Of a stretch of 26,649 bases of DNA, positions 15,122 through 23,124 are shown piece by piece. The notes beneath the pieces are model-generated. The model was not told where the DNA came from, did not search any database, and saw nothing but the letters and a program-made list of their open reading frames with translations. Within the stretch, counting starts at the first letter, position 1. Each line of letters starts with the position of its first letter. The stretch covers positions 1 through 26,649 of IMG/VR virus record IMGVR_UViG_3300049782_000019; one strand, written 5' to 3'. The stretch is from a virus (Duplodnaviria > Caudoviricetes). The position numbers and the translations under genes were made by a program.

Positions 15122-15709
15122 ATGGTTTCGATCACCCGCGCGGCGGACCTTCTGGAAGTCGGAGCGAACGGCGCCGGCTGGGTGGCCCCCCTCGGCACGA
15201 CCTCGCCCGGCGATCCGGCCGTTCAGCCGCCGTCGCCGTGGCTGCCGCTCGGCGCCATCAGCGACGACGGACTCGTCCAGGGCTTCGAGGAGGACTCCCA
15301 GTCCTTCACCCCGTGGGGCCTGACCGCCCCGATTCGCACCGCGATCACGTCCAGCCTGCGCACGTTCGGTCTGACGGCGTGGGAGACGGGCCGCACTACC
15401 GTGCAGTCCCTGCAGTACCGCGTCGATGTCGCCGACCTCACCCCGACCGCCGGGCTCACCACGTTCGCGGAGACGGCGTCGCCGTCCCCGGACCGGCGCG
15501 CTTTCTGGTTCATCGTCCTCGACGGCGACAACTTCCAGCGCGGGTTCTACGTCCCCGAGGGCGAGATCACCGAGCGGTCCGACGTCACTCACAAGCAGGA
15601 CGAGGTCGCGGGCTTCGAGTGGACGATCACCGCCTACCCGGACTCGGCCGGCAACACCGTCTACCACTTCGACCGTGTCCCGGAGACCGAGGCGTACACC
15701 GGGTCCTGA
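15122..15709 (+). CDS. Major tail (tube) protein
   Basis: WVAPLGT..P, LGAISDDG, PWG...IR, GEITERSDV, EWTITAYPD; GGAG RBS. Confidence 0.92.
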   Translation: MVSITRAADLLEVGANGAGWVAPLGTTSPGDPAVQPPSPWLPLGAISDDGLVQGFEEDSQSFTPWGLTAPIRTAITSSLRTFGLTAWETGRTTVQSLQYRVDVADLTPTAGLTTFAETASPSPDRRAFWFIVLDGDNFQRGFYVPEGEITERSDVTHKQDEVAGFEWTITAYPDSAGNTVYHFDRVPETEAYTGS

Positions 15710-15712
15710 GCC

Positions 15713-15800
15713 GGTGGACGGGCCGCCACCCTGGCGCGGGCCCGGCCCGTCCACCTCCCTTTCCCTGCCCGCGCCAACTAAGAGAAGGAGGCCCGCGCCA
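15713..15800 (+). promoter_or_regulatory. Structured RNA element (hairpin plus pseudoknot) between the tail tube and chaperone genes
   Basis: Perfect 13-bp stem 15713-15725 / 15743-15755; loop TGGCGCGGGCC is complementary to 15767-15776 and 15790-15800. Confidence 0.65.
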
Positions 15801-16219
15801 TGGCCGCGAACCAGCGCACCACCACCAGCAGGAAGCCCCGCACCGCCGCCCGAGCCGCTTCCCGGCCGTCTCGTACCGCGCCGGAACCGGAGGCGCAGGA
15901 CGTCGACGAGCAGCAGCCGACCGCGGCTGAGACGGAAGCGGAAGGCCTCTATGTCACCGCCGTTCTGTGCGGAGAGGAACTGCAGATCATCCCGCCCGGG
16001 TCGTGGCGGGCCTCGTGGCAGGCCCTCCTCAACCAGGGGCAGATCGCCGCCTTCGTCGAACAGGTCGTGCACCCGGACGACATCGACACCTTCTGGGAGA
16101 TCGATCCCGTCAACACGGAGTTCTACGACTTCATCGAGGACGCGGCCCAGCAGTCCGGTGAGAGCCTGGGGAAATCGCGTGGACCCGGCAGGTCGTCGCA
16201 GCGCACGAGGAGGCGGTAG
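15800..16219 (+). CDS. Tail assembly chaperone (lambda gpG equivalent)
   Basis: AAGGAGG RBS; lies between the major tail and tape measure genes; ends just past the slippery CTG GGG AAA. Confidence 0.85.
   Translation: MAANQRTTTSRKPRTAARAASRPSRTAPEPEAQDVDEQQPTAAETEAEGLYVTAVLCGEELQIIPPGSWRASWQALLNQGQIAAFVEQVVHPDDIDTFWEIDPVNTEFYDFIEDAAQQSGESLGKSRGPGRSSQRTRRR
16168..16174 (+). other. Programmed -1 frameshift site GGGGAAA
   Basis: G GGG AAA lies in the short overlap window (16162-16219) of the G and T frames. Confidence 0.78.
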
Positions 16220-16635
16220 AGGGCGACCTCGCCCTCTACTACCCGCGCAGCGAGGACCAGCTCGCCGCCTTCTACCGCGGCGAGATGTCCGCACGACGAC
16301 TCAGGGTCCTCATCCAACGCCTTCCTCCCGAGTCCGCTACCTGGACGGCACTCCGCAACGCGATGAGCCCGGAGGAGATCGCCGCGCAGGCCGACAAGGG
16401 CGACCCGGAGAAGGGCCAGTGGTCCCAGCAGGAGCAGCTGCTGGCGCTGGTAGCGGACCGGTTGGCCCGCCTGGAATGGGTCCTCTGGTGCGTGAACATC
16501 GACAAGAAGTCAAAGCGGCCCGACCCGCCTGAGCCGATCCCGCGGCCCGGGGCCAAGCCCCGCAAGGCCAGGGCCACGTTGACCGAGAACAGCGCGACCC
16601 GCCTGTTCCAGCTCATACAGGGGGGCGCCGAGTAG
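16171..16635 (+). CDS. Tail assembly chaperone -1 frame extension (gpT part of a ~278-aa gpGT fusion starting at 15800)
   Basis: The -1 frame is open from 16162 and reads EIAWTRQV...AVEGDLALYY...FYRGEMSARRLRVLIQRLPPESA...PEPIPRPG. Confidence 0.82.
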   Translation, partial: EIAWTRQVVAAHEEAVEGDLALYYPRSEDQLAAFYRGEMSARRLRVLIQRLPPESATWTALRNAMSPEEIAAQADKGDPEKGQWSQQEQLLALVADRLARLEWVLWCVNIDKKSKRPDPPEPIPRPGAKPRKARATLTENSATRLFQLIQGGAE

Positions 16636-16654
16636 CGCCACGGAGGGAGGCTTC

Positions 16655-19600
16655 GTGGCCGCCATCAGCGTCGGATCCGTCGAGGTCGACGTCGTCCCCA
16701 ACACGCGTGGCATCCGGTCCCGCCTGCAGGCCGATCTCGTCCCCGCTGGCAACCAGATTGGTGACGAGCTCGGCCGCATCCTCGGCCGGCACATCTCCAC
16801 CCAGGTCGCGCAGGCCATCCGCAACGGCGTCACCACGGGGGGCCGCACGGCGACCCCGGCTGCGGCGCGGTCCGGGGAGCAGGCGGGCGGCGCCTTCGGG
16901 CGCACATTCCGCACCCGAGTGCAGGCGGCCATGCGGAACCTGCCGCGCGTGGAGGTCCGGATCGACGAGACCGGCTTCAACGCGGACATGGCACGTCTGC
17001 GGGCCCGCTTGGAAACCCTGTCGAACAAGCGGATCGGCGTCGACGTCGATGCCGCGACGGCGCTGGCGGAGATCGAACGCCTGCAGGCCGACCTGCGCAG
17101 GCTCGGCGCCAACCACCCCGACGTCAACGTCCGCGTCGACACTGGGCAGGCCATCGCCGAACTGGTAGCCCTGCGGGCCGAGGTCCGCCGTCTGGACGGG
17201 CAGACCGCCCGCATCGACATCGACGTCAACTCGGCAGCGGCCAACTTCCGGCTGCTGACCATGGCGGCCGTCGCCTTCGGGCCTGCCATCATCCCCGTTC
17301 TGCCGGTGGTGGCGGCGGGTCTCGGCGCGGTCGCCGCGGCGGCCTCGGCGGCTGCGGTCGGCTTCGGCGCGGTCGCCCTGGTGGCGGCCCCGGCGTTCAT
17401 GCAGATCGGGAAGACGCTGCAGGCCCAGAAGGCTGCGCAGGACGCGGCGACGGATGCGACGCTGCGGGGTGGCCAGGCCGCGGCGCAGGCGTCGTCGAGA
17501 GCGCTGCAGTTGGCGTCGGCGCAGGCCGCGGTCGCTTCGGCCGAGCGGAATGGCGCCCGGCAGATAGCGCAGGCCCAGCAGCAGGTGACGCAGGCCCGCC
17601 GCAACGCGGCCCAGGTGGCCGCTCAGGCGTCACTCAGGACGCAGCAGGCCGCCCGTGCCGTCGAGGATGCCGAGGAGGCTCTGGCGGACGCCCAGCGGGA
17701 CGCGCGACGCGCCCAGGAAGACCTGACGGTCGCCCGCCGCACGGCCGCGCAGGAGCTGGAGGACCTGAACAATCGTCTTGCCGGCTCGGTGCTGTCGCAG
17801 CGTGAGGCCGAGATCGCGCTCGCGGAGGCGACCGCGGAGCGGGACGCGGTACTTAACAACGCCAACGCTTCCGACCTGGATCGCCAGAAGGCGCTTCTCG
17901 CCTACGACCAGGCGGTGCAGCGGCTGAAGGAGCAGACGACCGAGACGCAGCGGCTGAAGCAGGAGACCGCAGCGGCGAACCGGGCCGGCGTGGACGGCTC
18001 CGAGACGGTCCGCACGGCGCAGGAGCGGCTGGCTGAGGCGCAGGAGCAGGTTGCGGACCGCACTCAGGGCCTGCGGGACGCGCAGGCGGAGCAGGCGCGC
18101 ACGGCGACGGAGAACGCCCAGCAGCTGGCGGAGGCGCAGGAGCGGATCGCGGACGCCCAGCGGGGTGTGGCGGAGGCTCAAGTGCAGGCCGCCGAGCAGG
18201 CCGCGGCGGCGCAGCGGCAGCTGGAGCAGGCGCAGAACGCGGCGACCGGCGCCGTCGATCAAGCGGCTATCGCTGAGGCGAAGTATCAGCAGGAGCTGGC
18301 GAAGCTGACCCCGGCTGCACGCGAGACGATGAACGCCTACACCGGGCTGAAGGACGCCTTCGGGGAGTGGTCGAAGTCCCTCCAGCCTGCGGTCATGCCG
18401 ATTTTCACGCGGGCGCTGGAGGGCTTGACGAGGGCGCTTCCCGGCCTCACGCCCTTCGTGCTTGAGGCAGCGTCGGCGATCCAGACGCTGATGGACAAGG
18501 CATCGGCAGAGCTCAAGACGCCGTTCTGGCGGGACTTCAAGTCCGATCTGGAGACGGCGGTGAAACCGGCCATCATCGGGCTGGGCGTGGCCTTCGGGAA
18601 TGTGTTCAAGGGCATGGCCGGCATCATCGGGGCCTTCCTGCCGCACATGGACTCGATCTCCCAGAAGATGCAGGACGTCACGGGCCGCTTCGCCGATTGG
18701 GGCGCCAGCCTCAAGGGCTCGCCGGATTTCGAGCGGTTCCTCGCATACTCGGCGGAGATGGCGCCGAAGATCTGGCAGGCGCTGAAGGACATCGGCGGCG
18801 CATTGGTCTCGATCGCTGTGGCCATGGAGCCGATCACCACCGTCGTCCTCGGCACGATCAGCGCCCTCGCTCGGGGCATCCAGTGGGTCGCCGACAACGC
18901 TCCATGGGTGATCCAGGGCATCTACGGCATCGTCGTGGCCGTAACTGCTTGGCGGCTCGCCATGCTTGCGTGGCGAGGAGCGATGCTGCTGGCCAGCGTC
19001 GCCATGGCGGCGTTCAATCTGATCTCCATGGCTGGGCCGTGGGGTTGGATCGGGCTGGCCATACTCGGCGTGGTCGCGCTCGTTGTGTTCCTGTACACGA
19101 AGTTCGAGTGGTTCCGGGACGGAGTCCAAGCGGTCTGGACGGAGATCAAGACTGCGGTGGCCGATGCCTGGGAGGGTCATCTCAAGCCGCGCTTCCAGTA
19201 CCTGTGGGGCGGCATTGAGACGCTTGGCGGCTGGTTCAGCTGGCTCTGGACAGAGATCATTAGACCGGTCATCGGCTGGATCGTCGAGAAGTTCGAGTGG
19301 CTGTACGACGTGCTCATCGGGCACAGCATCCTGCCCGATATCGCCAACTACATCACCGGACCGTTCGCCGGCGTCTTCAAGTGGCTCTACGACCATGTGA
19401 TCAAGCCGGTGTGGGACGGCATCAAGGGCGCCATCAAGGGTGTGTGGGAGAAGGGTATTCGCCCGATCTTCAACACGCTGAAGGGTGCCGTGAAAACGGT
19501 CGGCGAGTCCTTCGACGCAGCCCGGAAGGCGATCAAGACGGCCTGGGACAAGCTGGAGGGCATCGCCAAGGCCCCGGTGCAGTTCATCGTCGACGTCGTC

Positions 19601-20884
19601 TACAACAACGGCATCCGCGGCGTCTGGAACAAGATCGCCACCGCGTTCGGTGCCCCGAAGCTGGCCAGGTTCTCGTTCGCCAGCGGCGGCATCATGCCGG
19701 GCTACACGCCCGGACGGGACGTGCACCGGTTCGTCTCGCCGACCGGTGGAGCGCTGGAGCTCAGCGGCGGCGAGGCCATCATGCGGCCCGAGTTCACCCG
19801 CGCGGTCGGCTCGGGATTCGTCAACACCATGAACGCGATCGCCCGGTCCCGGGGAGCGCAGGGCATCAAGGCGGCCCTGGCCCCGGTGTTCGCCGGCAAC
19901 CCTCCCACGGCGACGGACCGCTCCCTGCGGTACGCGAAGGGCGGCACCTACCCGGTGCAGCGGTTCGCCGATGGCGGCATCTTCGGCTGGGTCAAGTCCG
20001 CCGGCTCGGCCGTCGCCGGGGCAGGGTCGGCAGCCTGGAACAAGATCAAGGAAGGGGCGAGCTGGATCGGTGACACCCTCGAAGCGTCCGCGCGGGCGGG
20101 CGTGGAGAAGATCGTCAACCCGCTGCTGAAGCGGTTCCCCGGCATGGACACCGGCTTCGGCGCGATGCTCCGAAGGATCCCCACCAGGATCATCGACGCC
20201 CTGTTCGGCTACTCCAAGGAGGCCGACAAGCGGGGCGCCGGCGGCATCGGCGGGCCCCGCATTCAGAAGGCCCTGAACTGGGCCAAGACCCAGCATGGCA
20301 AGCCGTACCAGTGGGGCGGCAACGGAGACCCCAGCTGGGACTGCTCCGGATTCATGTCGGCGATCGAGTCCGTCATCCGCGGGCAGAAGCCGCACCGGCG
20401 CTGGTCGACGCACGCCTTCAAGGGCGGGACCCCGCCCGGCTGGGTGAAGAACGGAAAGTCCGCATTCCGGGTCGGTATCACCCACGCTGGCGTCGGCCAC
20501 ACCGCAGGCACCCTCGGCAAGACCAACGTCGAGAGCCGGGGCGGGGACGGCGTCGTCGTCGGAAGGCGGGCCCGCGGCTACAACGACCGCCTGTTCACGT
20601 CGTGGTACGGCTTCATGCCGGGCAAGTACGACTCCGGCGGATACCTCCCACCGGGGATGAACCTCGTCTACAACGGCACCGGCCGGCCCGAGCCGGTCTA
20701 CACGACGGCTCAGTCCAACGCGCTCACGTCCCTCGCGGCGCGCGGGGCCGCTGGAACCCTGGCGAAGTTTGAAGGCGACCTCTACCTCGACAGCGGCGAG
20801 TTGCTCGGCCGCGTCCGAGGCGAGGCGAGGCAGGTCATGCGGGAAGGTCAGCAGGAACTCATGGCCGTGATCAACGCGATGTGA
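16655..20884 (+). CDS. Tape measure protein with C-terminal NlpC/P60 peptidoglycan hydrolase domain
   Basis: 1409 aa; VGSVEVDVVP start, Ala/Gln coiled coil, hydrophobic segments, Trp-periodic repeats, GKPYQWGG....WDCSGF...GHTAG. Confidence 0.95.
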   Translation: MAAISVGSVEVDVVPNTRGIRSRLQADLVPAGNQIGDELGRILGRHISTQVAQAIRNGVTTGGRTATPAAARSGEQAGGAFGRTFRTRVQAAMRNLPRVEVRIDETGFNADMARLRARLETLSNKRIGVDVDAATALAEIERLQADLRRLGANHPDVNVRVDTGQAIAELVALRAEVRRLDGQTARIDIDVNSAAANFRLLTMAAVAFGPAIIPVLPVVAAGLGAVAAAASAAAVGFGAVALVAAPAFMQIGKTLQAQKAAQDAATDATLRGGQAAAQASSRALQLASAQAAVASAERNGARQIAQAQQQVTQARRNAAQVAAQASLRTQQAARAVEDAEEALADAQRDARRAQEDLTVARRTAAQELEDLNNRLAGSVLSQREAEIALAEATAERDAVLNNANASDLDRQKALLAYDQAVQRLKEQTTETQRLKQETAAANRAGVDGSETVRTAQERLAEAQEQVADRTQGLRDAQAEQARTATENAQQLAEAQERIADAQRGVAEAQVQAAEQAAAAQRQLEQAQNAATGAVDQAAIAEAKYQQELAKLTPAARETMNAYTGLKDAFGEWSKSLQPAVMPIFTRALEGLTRALPGLTPFVLEAASAIQTLMDKASAELKTPFWRDFKSDLETAVKPAIIGLGVAFGNVFKGMAGIIGAFLPHMDSISQKMQDVTGRFADWGASLKGSPDFERFLAYSAEMAPKIWQALKDIGGALVSIAVAMEPITTVVLGTISALARGIQWVADNAPWVIQGIYGIVVAVTAWRLAMLAWRGAMLLASVAMAAFNLISMAGPWGWIGLAILGVVALVVFLYTKFEWFRDGVQAVWTEIKTAVADAWEGHLKPRFQYLWGGIETLGGWFSWLWTEIIRPVIGWIVEKFEWLYDVLIGHSILPDIANYITGPFAGVFKWLYDHVIKPVWDGIKGAIKGVWEKGIRPIFNTLKGAVKTVGESFDAARKAIKTAWDKLEGIAKAPVQFIVDVVYNNGIRGVWNKIATAFGAPKLARFSFASGGIMPGYTPGRDVHRFVSPTGGALELSGGEAIMRPEFTRAVGSGFVNTMNAIARSRGAQGIKAALAPVFAGNPPTATDRSLRYAKGGTYPVQRFADGGIFGWVKSAGSAVAGAGSAAWNKIKEGASWIGDTLEASARAGVEKIVNPLLKRFPGMDTGFGAMLRRIPTRIIDALFGYSKEADKRGAGGIGGPRIQKALNWAKTQHGKPYQWGGNGDPSWDCSGFMSAIESVIRGQKPHRRWSTHAFKGGTPPGWVKNGKSAFRVGITHAGVGHTAGTLGKTNVESRGGDGVVVGRRARGYNDRLFTSWYGFMPGKYDSGGYLPPGMNLVYNGTGRPEPVYTTAQSNALTSLAARGAAGTLAKFEGDLYLDSGELLGRVRGEARQVMREGQQELMAVINAM

Positions 20885-20894
20885 GGAGGCGACT

Positions 20895-23120
20895 GTGGCG
20901 ATCCCCGGGAACCTCCTCTCCGCGGCCACCGAGTCGATGGACCCGTCCATCAGCGGCTGGACCCCCAAGGCCAACTGCACCTTGTCGAGGGGCAGCGGGG
21001 GCCGGAACGGGGACGGCTGTCTCGTCGTCAAGAGCTCGGCGGCCGGGGAGGTGCAGGCGCGGACCGTCTCCAGCTACCGGATTGTCCCCGGCACTACCTA
21101 CTACGTGTTCGCGGACGCGTCCGGGTCGGTGGGGGAGCGGATCGGGATCCGCTGGCTGACCGCTACCGGCACGGAGGTCGGCATCTCGTGGTCGCTGACG
21201 ACGACCGGCTCCTCTGCGAGCTGGCACCGGGTCAGCGTGGCTGCGGTTGCCCCGTCGACCGCGCGCGGCGCCCAGGTGCTGCTGTCGTCCACGCCGGCCG
21301 CCGGGAACGTCAACCACTTCTGGGAGAACGTCTACCTCGGTATGCCGAAGACGACCCTCGGTAACCTGCTGCCCTTCAACGTGGAGAGCACCGAGGTCGA
21401 CGCGTCCGGGTGGACGGCCCTCGTCAACGCGACGATCAGCCGCCAAGTGCCGGTCATGTCGTGGTCCGTGACGAACTACCTGGCGGGCGGGCACACCCTG
21501 GCGATGACCGCGGTGGCCGCGGGCAACGCGGCCGTCCAGTGCGTGGACCGGCCCGCGGTCACACCCGGGCAGGAGTACCTCGCCTATGCCTACCTTCAGC
21601 CGCCCGTCCTGTCGGCGCAGGCCTGGATCGAGCTGCGGTTCCACGACGCCAACGGCAACCAGGTCGGCGCCGCCAGGTCGATGCTTGCCCCGCCGGGGAC
21701 GGGCATGTACCGGCAGCGGGTGTCTATGGTCGCCCCCGCTAACGCGGCCACCGCCTCGATCGCCGCTGGCCTCGACGGCGCGGCTGCCGGGCAGGTGCTG
21801 CGCCTGGAGACCGTGGTTATCACGGCGGCGCCGCAGCTTCAGGCCGGCACGGTGGTGCCGTATGCGGACGGCAGCTTTGAGCAGGGGGTCGCTGGGTGGA
21901 CGGTGACCGCGGGGCTGGCCACGATTGCCCGGTCCACGCCGTGGGGGGACGCCGCATACGACGGCTCCTACTCCCTGGCCGTCACGTCCTCGACGGCGTC
22001 CACGTCCACGCTGCGGTCGGCGCGGTTCCCGGTGACGGGCGGCGTGAACTGGCGGGCCAGGCTCACCGCGCGCCCGGCGGCCGGCTCCTGGTCGGGGGTG
22101 CTGGTCCGGATCCGCTGGTACGACGCCAGCAACGCCGATCTGGGCGCGTCGACCGGCACCGCCTACTCGCTGCCCGGCACGGCCTGGTACGGCATGCCCA
22201 GCGACGGCGAGGCCCCGGCAGCAGCCACCCAGGCGGCTGTCGAGGTGCTGGTCAACGCCACCGCGACGAACAGCGTCATCAACATCGACTCGGTCGCTCT
22301 CTGGCAGGTGCTGCCCCTGACCGACGTCGACGTCCATCCCGACGACGGTTACGCAACGCTGACGCTGCGGGAGCTGCCGCTCGACCGCTTGCTGACCGTG
22401 TACCGGATCACGCAGGACGGGGCCCGCACCCTGGTCCGCGGCGCGTCCGGCCTCTTTGACCGCGTGCTGATCACCTCGGACCTTCTGATCATCGAGGATC
22501 ACGAGGCGCCGCTCAACACCCCGTTCAGCTACCGGATGGAGATCCACCTGGACTCGGGCGCGCTGGAGTCCACACGCTCATCGGAGGCTGCCACGCTTGC
22601 GCTGGCGAACATCCAGGAGGCGTGGCTGAAGGACCCCGGCAACCCGCAGCGCAACGTCAAGGTGCTGGTGCAGCGGGCGCCGGACTGGCAGCGGCCGATC
22701 GAGCAGAGCAGCTTCGTCGTCCGCGGTCGGCGCAACAAGGTCATCTTGTCCGGCCGGCGCCAAGGGCTCGAAGGCGACCTGGCCATCTGGACGCGCTCAG
22801 ACGCCGAGCGGGAGGCCCTGCACCTGCTGCTCGATTCCGGCAACGTCCTGCTGTGGCAGGCCGCGCCCGGCATGGGCGTCAGCGACATGTACGTCAACGT
22901 AGCCACCATCACCGAGGCCCGCGTCGGCGGGCTCGCCCAGGAGCAGTGGCGGGCCTGGACGCTGCCCCTCACCGAGGTCGACATGCCCACCGCCGTCGGT
23001 GTCAACGGCGCCGCGGGCCGCACCTGGCAGGACATCCTCACCGAATTCGCCACCTGGCAGGACGTGCTCGACACGTATGCCACGTGGGAAGACGTGCTAC
23101 TCGACCGCCGGATGGGGTGA
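20895..23120 (+). CDS. Distal tail (Dit-like) protein with three N-terminal carbohydrate-binding-like modules
   Basis: Follows the tape measure gene. Three ~155-aa repeats starting GNLL...SGWT / GNLL...SGWT / GTVV...FE..AGWT; C-terminal DHEAPLN...WLKDP...P domain. Confidence 0.78.
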   Translation: MAIPGNLLSAATESMDPSISGWTPKANCTLSRGSGGRNGDGCLVVKSSAAGEVQARTVSSYRIVPGTTYYVFADASGSVGERIGIRWLTATGTEVGISWSLTTTGSSASWHRVSVAAVAPSTARGAQVLLSSTPAAGNVNHFWENVYLGMPKTTLGNLLPFNVESTEVDASGWTALVNATISRQVPVMSWSVTNYLAGGHTLAMTAVAAGNAAVQCVDRPAVTPGQEYLAYAYLQPPVLSAQAWIELRFHDANGNQVGAARSMLAPPGTGMYRQRVSMVAPANAATASIAAGLDGAAAGQVLRLETVVITAAPQLQAGTVVPYADGSFEQGVAGWTVTAGLATIARSTPWGDAAYDGSYSLAVTSSTASTSTLRSARFPVTGGVNWRARLTARPAAGSWSGVLVRIRWYDASNADLGASTGTAYSLPGTAWYGMPSDGEAPAAATQAAVEVLVNATATNSVINIDSVALWQVLPLTDVDVHPDDGYATLTLRELPLDRLLTVYRITQDGARTLVRGASGLFDRVLITSDLLIIEDHEAPLNTPFSYRMEIHLDSGALESTRSSEAATLALANIQEAWLKDPGNPQRNVKVLVQRAPDWQRPIEQSSFVVRGRRNKVILSGRRQGLEGDLAIWTRSDAEREALHLLLDSGNVLLWQAAPGMGVSDMYVNVATITEARVGGLAQEQWRAWTLPLTEVDMPTAVGVNGAAGRTWQDILTEFATWQDVLDTYATWEDVLLDRRMG
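23021..23099 (+). repeat. Three 30-nt (10-aa) TW(Q/E)D repeats at the Dit C-terminus
   Basis: TWQDILTEFA / TWQDVLDTYA / TWEDVL. Confidence 0.75.
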
Positions 23121-23124
23121 TGCG

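Noticed and set aside
17630-21031. 1133-aa minus-strand ORF and other long antisense ORFs (e.g. 14561-16294, 20871-22547, 10292-11548)
   Set aside because: Shadow ORFs of high-GC coding sequence, where stop codons are scarce. No motifs or RBS, and they lie fully antisense to well-supported genes.
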